Translations under genes and position numbers: made by a program
In this document: in pieces, positions 42,781 to 56,232 of the stretch
Position numbering within the stretch: position 1 is the stretch's first letter
How the letters are laid out: every line of letters begins with the position of its first letter
Origin: Octopus vulgaris
Taxonomy: Eukaryota
Direction: 5' to 3'
Assembly: GCA_951406725.2 (NCBI GenBank)
Contig: OX597840.1
Coordinates: 1,178,001 to 1,242,000, forward strand
Length of the DNA: 64,000 nucleotides
Notes under the pieces: model-generated
The model's database searches: none
Told to the model about the DNA's origin: nothing
The model's input: only the letters and a program-made list of their open reading frames with translations

Positions 42781-43115
42781 CGGAAGCAAGCTTCTTACTA
42801 CACAACCACAACTGTGCCTATAATATTTTCTATTTTAGGGTTTCCTGGTATCTAAGTTAGGTAGCAATCAGCCCCTTTCGCTATCATTCTCAGGGCACTT
42901 ATGACAACAGAAAAAATTTGAGGGATGGATTAGTCGCTTACATCGGCACCAGTACACAGCTGGTATTTTTTTTCAATGAAGAAAAGAGAATGGAACGTAT
43001 AGTCGCCTTCGGTTGCATTTGAACTCGGAGGATAAAGAGTCGAAACGAAAGCCATCAGTTTATTTTGTACAGCGTTCTAAAGGTTCTGCCATCTCGCAAC
43101 GTTGATACAATTAAT

Positions 43116-43468
43116 GGATGGAAGCACTCCGTCGGTTACGACGATGAGGGTTCCAGTTGATCCGAATCAACGGAACAGCCTGCTCGTGAAATTAACGTGC
43201 AAGTGGCTGAGCACTCCACAGACACGTGCACCCTTAACGTAGTTTTCGGGGATATTCAGCGTGACACAGAGAGTGACAAGGCCGGCCCTTTGAAATACAG
43301 GTACAACAGAAACAGGAAGTAAGAGTGAGAGAAAGTTGTGGTGAAAGAGTACAGCAGGGATCACCACCATCCCCTGCCGGGGCCTCGTGGAGCTTTTAGG
43401 TGTTTTCGAAACCGCGATCCTATGACCGCGAGTCCGCTGCCCTAACAACTGGACCATTGCGCCTCCAC
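43116..43468 (-). mobile_element. tRNA-derived SINE family C with 12-bp TSD
   Basis: GATACAATTAAT at 43104-43115 and 43469-43480. Head GTGGAGGCGCAATGGTCCAGTTGTTAGGGCAGCGG. Confidence 0.93.
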
Positions 43469-43482
43469 GATACAATTAATAA

Positions 43483-44230
43483 GAATGATGATGATGATAA
43501 TGTTGACAAGGACGACGATTGTAGTGATAATGTTGATAATGATAATGATGATGATGAGGAAGGGGATCATGATGATGATGATGATGATGATTATGAATAA
43601 TGATGACGAGGATGACAGTGAGGAGGATGATGACGATGGTGATAACAGTGATGACAATGATGATGATAATGTTGATGATGATATTGTTGTTGATGATGAT
43701 GATGACAATGATGATGATGATGATGATGATGATGACGATGATGATTATGATGATGATGATGGGGATGATAATGTTGACAACGACGGCGATTGTAGTGATA
43801 ATGGTGATAATGATAATGAGGATGATGATGATGATGATGATAATGATGATGATGATGATGATGATGATGTGATGATGATGGTGATGATGAAGATGACGAT
43901 CATGTTGAAGATGAGGATGATGATGGTGATGATGATGATGATTTTGAATAATGAAGATGAGGATGACAGTGAGGGGGATGATAACGATGGTGATGAAAGT
44001 GACGATGATGATGATAATGATGAAGATGATGAAGATGATGATGATGACGATGATGATGATGATGATAGTGATGCAATTGCTCATTATGGTGTTTGGAGAG
44101 GATAATGACGAATACGGTGTTGGTGACGATAACTATGATGATGATGATGATGATGATGGCGATGGCGACGACGATCACCACGTTGAGCGTGATGAAGATT
44201 ATGATGATGATAATAATACTGATGATGACG
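43483..44230. repeat. (GAT)n-rich tract with an internal higher-order duplication
   Basis: GATAATGTTGACAA.GACG.CGATTGTAGTGATAATG and TGAATAATGA.GA.GAGGATGACAGTGAGG each occur twice. Confidence 0.9.
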
Positions 44231-44477
44231 ACAGTTATACTTCCAGTCGGCCTACATTCATCATTCAATTTGTCTGTACTAAAGAAAGGCAGCTGTGAAT
44301 GTGTTTTTGTATGCATAGCATTTTATCTTATTGCTGTGATTTCGTTTATTGTCTTTGAAAGTAATTTTCCGTCACGATAGCGAAGTGTCAAAGAAATATC
44401 ACAGAACAGAAAATACACTACGGATCATATGAACATTATATGAACATTATGAACATTATAGGCGCATATGAACATTA

Positions 44478-44835
44478 TAGGCGCAGGAATGGCTGTGTGG
44501 TAAGTAGGAAGTAGCCACTGCGTGGCACCTTGGGCAGGTGTCTTCTACTGTATCCTCGAGCCGACCAAAGTCTTGTGAGTGGATTTGGTAGACGGAAACT
44601 GAAAGAAGCCCGTCGTAAATATGTATATATATGTATGCGAGTGTGTAGTTGTGTGTCTGTGTTTGTGTGTCTGCGTTTGTGTCCCCGTTACTTAGCGGTT
44701 CGGCAAAAGAGACCGATAGAATAAGTACTGGGCTTACAAAAGAATAAGTCTCGGGGTCGAGTCGGTCGACTAAAGGCGGTGCTCCAGCATGGCCGCAGTC
44801 AAATGACTGAAACAGGTAAAAGAATAAAAGAATAA
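44478..44835 (+). mobile_element. SINE family A (internal deletions)
   Basis: Head, CCTTGGGCAGG core and tail present. Confidence 0.88.
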
Positions 44836-45143
44836 ATATAGTAAGGTTACTGTCTCGGGAATTCCTTATTCAATTTAAGTAGATATTCTAATTGTACCTG
44901 TGGTATTGAAAGCACAGTTTGTTATATATTGCCTATAAGTGTTATTGTATGTGGCGTGCTTTATGCGTAATAAAAGCGGTTTCTATTTGGAATTACAGAA
45001 TAGGAAGTACAGTAAGCAATACGTGCATATATCAATCAATGTTATTGTACTGGAAGTAATTATATGTAAGAATCATTTCCAGTTGTAATTATAGTAATGG
45101 AAGAACAGCATGTAGTATCAAAGGTAATATTTCTCCCCTCCTA

Positions 45144-45541
45144 AGGCGGCGAGCTGGCGGAAACGTTAGCAAGCCGGACGAAAAGCTTTTTGCGGTATTT
45201 CGTCTGCGTTACGTTGTGAGTTCAAATTCCGCCGAGGTCGACTTTGCCTTTCATCCTTTCGGGGTCGATAAATTAAGTACCGGTTACGCACTGGGGTCGA
45301 TGTAATCGACTTAATACCTATGTCTGTCCTTGTTTGTCCCCTCTGTGTTTAGCCCCTTGTGGGTAATAAAGAAATAGGTATTTTGTCTGTCTTTACGGTT
45401 TGAGTTCAAATTCCAGCGCGGTCGACTTTGCCTTTAATCATTTCGGGGTCGATAAATTAATTATCAGTTGCGTACTGGGGTCGACCTAATCAACTGGTTC
45501 TCTCCGCAAAAATGTTGGGCCTTGTGCCTAGAGTAGAAAAG
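45144..45541 (+). mobile_element. SINE family B dimeric form with imperfect ~17-bp TSD
   Basis: AATATTTCTCCCCTCCT and AATATTTATCCCCACCT flank it; the central domain is present twice. Confidence 0.88.
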
Positions 45542-45858
45542 AATATTTATCCCCACCTCAACGTGGATGTTGTATTAAAATAAACTTCACTATGGCAAAT
45601 CACGTGATAGCAATCCTTGATTTTGTCAAGGATGAACATTCGACTATATGACACAGTAGCAATTCATTTCCCCTTCAGTGATGTATAGAGACTGACAGCC
45701 CGAGAAAAGGCACTGGTGTCTTATAGGGATAAAATACTACAGGTCAGTTAAATATTTCCTCGGTCACCAATATGTGGCTTTAACAATCAAAATAGCTAAT
45801 TGCGACTCAATATAAGACCTAGGTAACCGTAATATCTATCTACATATTTATCTGTCTG

Positions 45859-45972
<114 letters not shown>

Positions 45973-45983
45973 AACATTCCTAT

Positions 45984-46099
<116 letters not shown>

Positions 46100-46307
46100 G
46101 TCTGTCTGTCTATTTGCCTTTTTTTTTTCCTCTCCCCCTTTTTTTTTAAACCTTTTTTTGTCCTCTTTCTCTCCTTTTACGATCCCTTTTGATCGAAACT
46201 CCCCCTTCCTTTTTTAAAAAAATTTTTTTTTTAAACGTTCAAAAGAAGAGCTCTACCTTGTAATTTATTCCATCTGTGTGCAGCCCTGTGTGGCTGATAA
46301 AGAAACA

Positions 46308-46375
<68 letters not shown>

Positions 46376-46691
46376 AATCAATCAATCTATCTATCTGTCT
46401 ATCTATTTGTCTCATCTCTCTCCCTCTCTCTCGTTCTTTCTATATATATATATACTTTTATTCTTTTATTCTTTCACTAATTTCAGTCACTTGTTCGTGG
46501 CCAAGCGTGAGCCTCGCATTCGGTTGAACTAATCGATCCAAGGATTTATTCATTGTAGGCTTAGTACTTATACTATCGGTCTCCTTTCCCGAACCGCTAA
46601 GTGACGTAGACATAAGCATACACACAACCACATACATACATATATATATACACACAACCACATACATACATATATATATACACACACACAC

Positions 46692-46750
<59 letters not shown>

Positions 46751-46755
<5 letters not shown>

Positions 46756-46899
46756 TTAAAAAAGCAGCAGAAAATTCAACAAAACCTGTTACTCTGAGTT
46801 TTGATGAATTTTCTGCTGCTTTTAAATAAAGCATATTACTCTACCCCTGGTATTTGAGTACTCTTTTTCCACCTTGTTTCACATTTATGTGTTTACTCC

Positions 46900-46900
<1 letters not shown>
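46751..46900. repeat. Fold-back pLTR-type repeat (same family as 13400-13730) with a hammerhead 3' remnant on the minus strand
   Basis: TTTATTTAAAA..GCAGCAGAAAATTCA pairs with TGAATTTTCTGCTGCTTTTAAATAAA. Loop reverse complement is AAACTCAGAGTAACAGG. Confidence 0.75.
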
Positions 46901-46944
<44 letters not shown>

Positions 46945-47642
46945 GCACGTACATACACACATATACATATATTTCATATAGGTCTAGATTAACGAGTGAT
47001 ATTTATAGGTTTTTGCGAAATACATTGCGTACTACACCTTCCCTAAATTGATTTTGTTTTTCAGTCTGCTAAACCCCGACCTGGGAAAATATTTGAACAC
47101 ATTAGACTCAAAGTGACGAGAGTTCGTTTCAAATCCGAAAGCACTTAGATTTGAAACCAAGTTTGTAACTATACTGGCATATCTGCCCTCCAATTAATCA
47201 CCCCACCGCATGCTCCAGTTCTTCCCCCGTAAATATCTAAACCGCAACCCAATACATCTCTCTTTGATTGATCAATCGTAATTGATGTCAAAGTTACTAC
47301 CATAATCTGAAAGCGCAGTGAATGCAATTGAGAACGTTAGTTGTCTTTTCTTCTATGATGTGGACAGTTGACCAAATAATAGGCTGGAAATATATCTTTG
47401 TATAATGTGTATGTAATGCTATTTATCTATTTACTTCAAATACAGTAAATGTACATTAAGCTAGGCACATGCACTTTTAAGTGTGGTTCCTACGAAATAA
47501 GCACAAAACACTACGTATTAATACATATATATATACGTGTCTTTAATGAGAATAATGTGTATATGTACGTGTATGTGCGGATATATATATACATACATAT
47601 ATATGAACATACAGACATACATGCTTATGCATGTATACATAC

Positions 47643-47689
<47 letters not shown>

Positions 47690-47734
47690 CATGCATATGC
47701 ATACATACATATATATATATATATATATGCAGTT

Positions 47735-47765
<31 letters not shown>

Positions 47766-47914
47766 ATACGTAGGCATGTAGTTATAGTACAATATACGGA
47801 GCTTGATTTATATGTATATAAAGTCAGATCCTTATGCATGAATGTATATATCTCACTCTACTTATTTGTGGTGTATATATATATATATAGACATATATAT
47901 ATATATATATAATT

Positions 47915-47945
<31 letters not shown>

Positions 47946-47958
47946 CATATACATATGA

Positions 47959-48001
<43 letters not shown>

Positions 48002-48199
48002 TATACAAATTGAGATAGGGGTTGTAAATGCAACCCTCCATGGGATAACATATATCCAATATACTGCTAGTGAAGTACCCAATAAAGTTAATACATAAAT
48101 GTTAAGAATTGCGATGCAATTAATTCATTTACTGTATTATATGGGTAAAGGTAAAATGTTTTACCACAAATTAATAATACAAAATAAGAAAATGGAGAA

Positions 48200-48251
<52 letters not shown>

Positions 48252-48427
48252 TGTTATATATCCTGTTATAACAGATATCCTGTTATGGCCGTCTCTTATG
48301 TGTTTAAATGTACACTATATGTACACATTTTTATATGAGTAATATATATATTATTTGACTAGGTTTTCTTCTCGCTATACCACTGGTAGCAAAGAAATTT
48401 TCTAAATGTTTTTGCTAAAATAGAATT

Positions 48428-48555
<128 letters not shown>

Positions 48556-49129
48556 GTAATAATAATAATAATAATAATATATATATATATACAACGAAGC
48601 CAATCCAGCATGCGCCTCAGTGCTTATAGATTTTAATTCTTTTCAATTCCACCGCGCAAGCGCAGTCTTTTTTGACGGCACCAAAATGATGCCGGCAAAT
48701 TCTTCGAACGAATCTACCAGAAATCATTATACATAATTAATAACATTAGGGTAATAAAGATTTTAGAAATTTTTACTACCAGTGGCATAGCGTATAGAAA
48801 AATTAGTCAATAGACTATATATTATTCATATAAAATATACATTTAAACACATTAAGATGTTTCCATCATAGGAATCCTTTACGGTAGAAAAAACTGCTAA
48901 AGTCCAAACCATTAGTTAAGGTTAAATTCTCGAATGGAATGAAAAATAAAAGCATTTACCGTCTTTTTCCTGGACCAATGATTTCTGACTTATTTTAGTA
49001 AATAAAATAATTTACCAGGCGAAGTCTTCATCAACAGGGACGCCAGATATTAAATATACAAACAACGAAGCCAATCCAGCATGTGCTTCATTGCTTATAC
49101 ATTTCAAATTTTTTCAAATCCCTGCTCTC

Positions 49130-49500
49130 GGCGATGATGGCATTCTGGATGGCCCCTGTTAGGTTTGTAGATTTTGTGGAGGAAGCAAATTGTGGGAGTG
49201 CGAGGGTTGCGGACAATGAGGTCATGGATAGTGGAGGATACAGTCTGTTGGTAGCTAGGTGTGAGGCTGGAGGGCAGAGATTAGTAGAAGGAGGTGTCTT
49301 GAATTTGGTGGAGAGTTTCCGCCTTGTAGAGGCTCGCGCACCACAGCACCACGGCTCCACCGTAGTCGGCCGTCTTTATGATGATGTCGGTGCGGCGTCA
49401 AAGACATTCGAAGGGCCGAGAATTCAGCTGGGGAGATTTTCAGATGTCAGGGACGCTTGGAAAATTCAAACTGGTCCACAGCACGCTGGTCTCTCCTGCC
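49130..49500 (-). pseudogene. Penelope-like element RT N-terminal fragment
   Basis: IIIKTADYGGAVVLWRASLYKAETLHQIQDTSFY..LIVRNPRTPTICFLHKIYKPN matches PLE ADKG and LPKIHK motifs. Inverted and direct pLTR-like repeats nearby (48280-48425/48760-48875; 48590-48630/49060-49100). Confidence 0.82.
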
Positions 49501-49585
49501 AAACCGCTAGGTGACGTGGACGTAAACATACCAGCATCGGTTGTCAAGCGATGTTGGGGGGGGGACAAAGACACACACACTAACA

Positions 49586-49622
<37 letters not shown>

Positions 49623-49982
49623 CTACCCACAATGGGCTAAACATAGAGGGGACAAACAAGGATAGACAGAGGGATTAAGTCGATCGCATGGACCCTGTGC
49701 GAAACTGGTACTTTATTCATCGACCGCGAGAGGATGAAAGGCAAAGTCGACCTTGGTGGAATTTGAACTCAGAACGTAGCGATAGACGAAATACCGCTAA
49801 GCATTTCGCCCGGCGCGCTAACGTTTCTGCCAGCTCGCCTTATATATATATATATATATATACGACGGGCTTTTTTCAGTTTCCGTCTACCAAATCCACT
49901 CACAAGGCATTGGTCGTCCCGATGCTATAGTTGAAACCATGTGGTTGGTAAGCAAACTACATGCCACACAGCCACTCGTGCA

Positions 49983-50073
<91 letters not shown>

Positions 50074-50086
50074 TTATATGTATATA

Positions 50087-50532
50087 TAATGATAAATTTC
50101 AGAGCGACTTATAAACAGTAGCGGTAACACAACGTGATGCATATATGCCATTTGAATATGGCTAACCCAAAAGGGTGGATGCTACTGTAGTTTGTAGCCC
50201 CAGGAAGACACCTTCTCCCGCTGGCTATAGACACACTTTTTCGATATCAGTGTCATATCGACACTGGAAAAAGTATATGTATTTGTGAAGGAATCTGACT
50301 TCTCGTCGACAACCATGATTGTCACACGCTGATGAAAGGTAAACACCTTGAAACTCGGGTACGTGTGTATCATGTGTTGAAGACGGGGAGGATGACTCCC
50401 CTTCACAAATACTGACAGGACACAGATAGTGTGTCTATGGCCAGCGGGAGGAGGTGTCTTCCTGGGGCTACAGACTACAGTAGCATCCACCCTTTTGGGT
50501 TAGCCATATTCAAATGGCATATATGCATCACG

Positions 50533-50534
<2 letters not shown>
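50087..50534 (+). mobile_element. Non-coding fold-back element: 107-bp inverted arms (50131-50237 and 50428-50534), ~45-bp one-sided extension, within (TA)n
   Basis: Arms are near-perfect reverse complements; hammerhead in the spacer. Confidence 0.9.
50323..50367 (+). ncRNA. Minimal type I hammerhead ribozyme (best example in the window)
   Basis: CACACG-CTGATGA-AAGGT AAAC ACCTT-GAAA-CTCGGG-TA-CGTGTG. All core nucleotides present, 6-bp stem I, 5-bp stem II, predicted cleavage after A50361. Confidence 0.88.
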
Positions 50535-50607
<73 letters not shown>

Positions 50608-51159
50608 ACATTGAAGCTGCGATATATTTCAAGTACTTCACCTTATGTAGATTACAGAATATAGCGCCAAATGACAAGCAGCAAGTCTTATTCACAAGAA
50701 CCTATAAATTTTAATATTCAACAAGAACCGAATCAAAATTAAAAATACATGAAAATATGGTAGAAGAGAAGAGAAATTGAATCGATAAATTACATATAAT
50801 ATTTGGGCTAATGAAAAGAAATAAATATTTATCCGTTGACAACGCGATGACACAAGGAGAAATATCACATTTCTAATGTTATTAGACGCGATTCTTTCTT
50901 CATCTTCTTCACACATTATAGATCTAAACAAAATGGCTGAACATCATATAAAGCGTCTCAGATGTCCAAATGTGAAAGTATGGCTTCGTCGTTTAACATG
51001 TTGATACATAAGCTGTTCATTAAAAGCGTTCTATAATTCACATCGTCTAACGGTTAAGCGTCGTATGCGCCCTGCTGCTTCTCTTGTCGCTTCTGTCGCT
51101 TCTGTTTTTGCTAGAAATACCAGTAATGAAGAAGACACAGCAGGAGTGATATTTCTATA

Positions 51160-51611
51160 TCATCATTGTCATCATCATCATCTTCATGGCTTGGCTTCGC
51201 GAACGTAGATCAGGAAGGCTGTCCCCGTCGCGTGCATGCACGCTCATGACTGACAAATCTGATATGGTAAAGGCAGGTCCATGAGCAGTGTCCACAGACG
51301 AAGGTAACATCAGGTGTGGTGTCAGAGGCGGCTCACGCCTTCCTCCTGCGTCTCTTGTCCTTAAGTGCATCTCTTCTTTGTTCCTCAGACTTGCTGACTG
51401 CGTTGAAGATCGTGTGGCACCAGACATCACGGTCCGCAGCCAGGTCTGACCAGCATTGGTGGTTAATATGACATGCTGTTAGAGACTTCTTGAGGCAGTC
51501 TTTGTAGCGCTTCCTCGGAGCTCCTCTCACTCGGTGGCCAGTGGAGAGTTCGCCAAACGGGGGAATCTTTGGAGGCGATGGTTCTCCATTCTGGAGACAT
51601 GCCCTGCCCAT
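51160..51611 (-). mobile_element. RTE-BovB-like LINE 3' end with (GAT)n tail
   Basis: WAGHVSRM..FGELSTGHRVRGAPRKRYKDCLKKSL..WSDLAADRDVW..KRRRRK, then GAAGCCAAGCCATGAAGATGATGATG. Confidence 0.9.
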
Positions 51612-52671
51612 TATATAAATAATAGGAAAACACAGTGTTATACGTGACTAAAAAGGATATACATTTGGATGCTTATTATAAGAGAGGATTGTCATTGTAG
51701 GAAAGTATTTGTTAGTAGTTCTTCTGTGACGTCTGTTTTGTACTAAAAGACACCAAAATGTGCATACCTACTGCATTTGTTGTATAATATGATATTCTTT
51801 TATACTCTAAGCACAAGGCGTGAAATGTCTGTGGAGGGGGCCAGTCGAATAGATCGACCCCAGTACGCCACTGGTGGTTAATTTATCGACCCCGAGAGGA
51901 TGAAACGCAAAGTCGACCTCGGCGGAATTTGAACTCAGAACGTAGGGATAGACGATGCCCACTGGCGAGAATATACTGGACCATTACATATAAATAGTAG
52001 CTGTCTGACTAAGTGAGTTAGTTCAAGATCGCAGACTTCAGCTATGTCTACCATATATTGACATAGTAGCGTATCTACGTCTTACGTGTTTTCATCTCTT
52101 AATAAAATGTCATTTGTTCCTTCCAACAATTAATGAAGTTTCTGGTGCAGTTTTATATCTCTAATAAACACACTCTCGATATTTTTGGTATTTTCGTCTC
52201 CAGGGTTGACAGCAACGACTTTTGCGGTGCCTACCCTCTTCATATATCAAGTAGAATTTCTTAAGGTCGTTACCCCCAATTAAGCAAATATAGTCGCGTA
52301 GTGTATAAATCTTATTAGAGTTTAATTATAATTAAATATTCATTAGTCATATTTTAATTAGTCGCTGTCACGGGAAAATCGAGAGCATTATTCTGTGCCT
52401 TGGGTACCAAGGATTCTTTTAAACTTCTTCTTTTTCAAACAAATTACATTTAATGTACTCTCTGTCATATGTATGCAGTTCTATTATTTCTATGAATTCT
52501 GCATATTTCTAAGAACCTGGATTCAGGCGTTTTGGTATTTTGGTTAATTATTTTTCTACTTATTTTGTTTTGTATTTAATAATTTTCAAGTCATCTGTGA
52601 AAATACAGATGGCTTTTAATGGCCACGTTGTTAAAATTTCTATTTGCAGATATTTATATTCCGTTAACCTT

Positions 52672-53040
52672 CAAGTGTACGCGGATACCCTCGGTGTGAG
52701 TCATGTGAAATAATTAAACAAGGAACAACTAAAGCTTTCAAGAACCGGAAGGAATTGAAAGTGAATGTAAATATGAATTGCAAAGCAAAACAGTCGCAAC
52801 TGTTGCATTACATATATATTATGCAGCGAGAATTACACTGGAGAAACAGGGACGAAATTAAATCAACCAACCGTGTAAGCGTGCACATACAGCAATATAG
52901 ATATGCACCTCTCAGAAATGTTCCAGGCTGTACACATCTAGATGTTTGTGGAAACAGAAAATTTTAAATATTTCCCCTTTACAAAATAAAAGTTGAAAAT
53001 GTTCAACTGAGAAAGACAAAAGGAATTTAGTTTAAAAGAA
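52672..53040 (+). pseudogene. Penelope-like GIY-YIG endonuclease fragment with upstream Cys motif (Neptune-like)
   Basis: PRCESCEIIKQG..MNCKAK..NYTGETGTKL..NRVSVHIQQYR..CTHLDVCGNRKF across frameshifts. Confidence 0.78.
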
Positions 53041-53197
53041 TTCCGGAAACGAAACGGGAAGGAGTCAACACGATTGGTGAAAGAACTTCCTCTATATGCA
53101 GCAGCCCAGAATATGTGTGATTGAAGAGTGGAACAAGAAAGGTGCTTACCAATGAGTTACACACGAGGCACAAAATACACATTATATGCAAACTTAT

Positions 53198-53367
53198 AGG
53201 CGTAGGAGTGGCTTTGTGGTAAGTAGCTTGCTTACGAACCACATGGTTTCAGGTTCAGTCCCACTGCGTGGAACCTTGGGCAGGTGTCTTCTACTATAGA
53301 CTCGGGCCGACCAAAGCCTTGTGAGTGGATTTGGTAGACAGAAACTGAAAGAAGCCCGTCGTATATA

Positions 53368-53417
<50 letters not shown>

Positions 53418-53620
53418 TGTGTGTTGTGTTTGACCCCCAACATCGCTTGACAACCGATGCTGGTGTGTTTACGTCCCCGTAACTTAGCGGTTCGGCAGAA
53501 GACACCGATAGAATAGGTACTTGGCTTGCAAAGAATAAGTCTCGGGGTCGATTTACTCGACTAAAGGTGGTGCTCCAGCATGGCCACAGTCAAATGACTG
53601 AAACAAGTAAATGAGTAAAC
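53198..53620 (+). mobile_element. SINE family A, full length
   Basis: Head, core, TA tract and tail. Confidence 0.92.
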
Positions 53621-54179
53621 TTCTTTCCCAAAAGCTGATGACAGCTTGTATTAATGTTTCTTTTAACTAGATTATATGCCTACGACACAAAAGTAGTACA
53701 AGCAGCCAAGGAACCTTCTGATGCTAATCTTCTACAGAAAGACAATCGTCAGCCCCATCATTTCTGTCTCCTTAAGGTAAATTTTCTATTACCTTTCTTT
53801 GTGACAATGTTTATAAAAAATGAGTAAAGACAGCCTTCGGTCACCAATGATAAAGAAAGTTCTCCTCCGAGGCACAAGTCCAGGCAACACTGGTTCTTTG
53901 TCACATGGCAGGCAAGAATATGGATTCGATTTCTTCATAAGAAGCGCTGTCTTTCACAGTAAGGCAATGATCTATAATGTTTTTGTTGGTATCTTCCCAG
54001 ATTTGCAGATCAGATTTACGTACAATCAACAAGTCTATCAACTTTTCATTATAAATTTCTAAAAATGACAATTTTTTTTATAAGTATGCATTTCATTTGT
54101 AGCAGTTTTAATGGCCTGGCATAAATCCCTTAATGCTTGTGGTACAATTCCTGGCTTATCACTGGTTCCGACCATCGTA

Positions 54180-54424
54180 TAGGTCCAGGCAAACTTTCTG
54201 TGCGAGACCAGCAGTCATCCATGTACACCAGTCTCCCCTCTCTACACCATCGATGTTGTCCTAGGGAAAGGCAACGGCCGATTCAGCTCAGCATCAGTGA
54301 CGTCGCAACTCATTTCTACAACTGAGTGAACTGGAGCGACTTGAAATACAGTGCCTTATCCAAGAAGCGAACTCACAAATACATCATTGTAAGTTCCATG
54401 CAGTAGCCACTGAGCCATGCGCCT
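54180..54424 (-). mobile_element. SINE family D, diverged
   Basis: Similar to 10506-10834. Confidence 0.75.
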
Positions 54425-54949
54425 TCGACAATATTTAATAATGCTGTTGTAACTTCCGGTGCAGAAAATCTGATCAATTCTTATTTTTCTCTAGTCTCTT
54501 TTCATTAAAATTACACACAGAGAAAAACCCATTCGTTTCCGCTGTCCACTATTCCTGGGAGGGTCTTTGGAGTAGACTTTTCTGACACCTTCGCCATAGT
54601 GTCATTTCATAATTAAATACCGCTAGATCCCTCAGCTGAATTTCTAAGCGCGACTAATTGAAACTATATATATTATTTAACCGACGAATCCCATTTTGGC
54701 CATTTGTATTCGTTATCGTACTCTTTCGGTCATTACCAAACATTCATTTCCATAGATGAGGATTGTGACGAAAACCGAATTGAAGAATCAAGTTTGGCAT
54801 TTTACCAATCTTTCCTCTGTTGAGGATTGGCTGTTGGAGCTGGCACGTGACTGTGCCAACACCTGTAAATCCAGGTTCCACTCGTCATTTGTCAATACGG
54901 TCATAGAAGTAATTAAGCTTATCTACATAATTTAATGAAGGTCAACGAA

Positions 54950-55160
54950 CATGCAGAGGTATTGGTCTTTTCTTGTGAGAACCCAATTTTCATAACACCT
55001 ATTCTTTACTTTGTTTTGCAACACACGGCAGCAAACATATTCAGTTTATGTTTGAGATCACCGTCTAATGAGCAAAGTAGCACCGTGTTATTGCGCATTT
55101 CAATCCAGTTCATAACAATTATGAAAACAAATGGTGTCTGTGACACAGTCGCATAATTTT
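54950..55160 (-). pseudogene. Highly decayed non-LTR RT fragment
   Basis: PFVFIIVMNWI..NNTVLLCSLDGDLKHKLNMFAAVCCK resembles the RT domain 4-5 region (SPxLFIIVMDW..ADDTVLL). Confidence 0.4.
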
Positions 55161-55905
55161 CCGATAGTTTTTGCAATCTACTTCATTATAAGACTTTTGT
55201 AGTTTCTGAAAGTTATTCCTCAAACAGCTGGTTTATTAATACCCGTTAATTTCTTTTAATTTATTTTTCTTTTTACATCTAACTCACTCTTAAACATTAA
55301 TCTTACGTGTGTGTAATAATCCTTCTTAGAATTTTGTGTTTATTTTATCTGTCTGCCTCGTTAATTCTGAAGTATTTCTGAATATGTGTTTGCTCAAATT
55401 CTCTTATCTGTGTTTCCTTGTACTAACATAATAATAAATCGCTATTGTCATTTTCGTCATGGAGAGTGATAGCTGGCTAATAATACGTTATCTAGACGCC
55501 TGTCTGAATTCCAAAGTTACACAGAATTTTTCCATTGTCTTTCTCTAAAGCCAGGTGCAAGTTCGTATGCGTACGAGAGAACTTAGTGTAGCTGCTTTTG
55601 AAATTTCATAGAAAGGCTATGTACAGTGGCTTGACGACATTGTTGTCTCTAATTGTATTTTGTCGAGGTCACCATAGAACCATGTGGTTCATTACCCAAG
55701 AAAATATATCAAACATATTACATATTTCAAAACTAAATTATATTTCAAAACTCCTGTGTGGAGTGGTGTATCTTTCGTATCCGTGCTTTCTCAGGATGCA
55801 CTAATTTTTTAATTTTTCCATTTTCGTACTTTTTCTGCTGAAGGACTAACGTCCGAAACTTCATAGTGTTCTGATTTCAATTGCTGAAACATTAAAATAA
55901 TATCA

Positions 55906-56232
55906 ATAATAAATCTCCTGAACGAGGTATAAATAGTAACTGCACGACAATGTGAGGGATATTTGCCATCTCAATATGGCTAACCACTAAGGGTGGGTGT
56001 TACTGTAGCTTGTAGCCCCAGGAGAACATCGTCTCCAGCTGGCTTTAGGCACACTTTCTGTGCTCTAAGGTACCTTACTGTAGCTTGTAGCCCCAGGAGA
56101 ACATCGTCTCCAGCTGGCTTAGGGCACAGAAAGTGTGCCTAAAGCCAGCTAGAGACGATGTTCTCCTGGGGCTACAAGCTACAGTAACACCCATCCTTAG
56201 TGGTTAGCCATACTGAGATGGCGAATATCCCT
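55906..56232. mobile_element. Fold-back element of the 50087 family (arms 55955-56069 and ~56118-56232), hammerhead spacer lost
   Basis: Near-perfect palindrome with an internal partial arm duplication. Flanked by direct repeat TAAAATAATATCA (55893-55905 and 56232-56244). Confidence 0.88.

Noticed and set aside
45679-45742. AG..GT-bounded exon-like segment
   Set aside because: Stop codons in all three frames.
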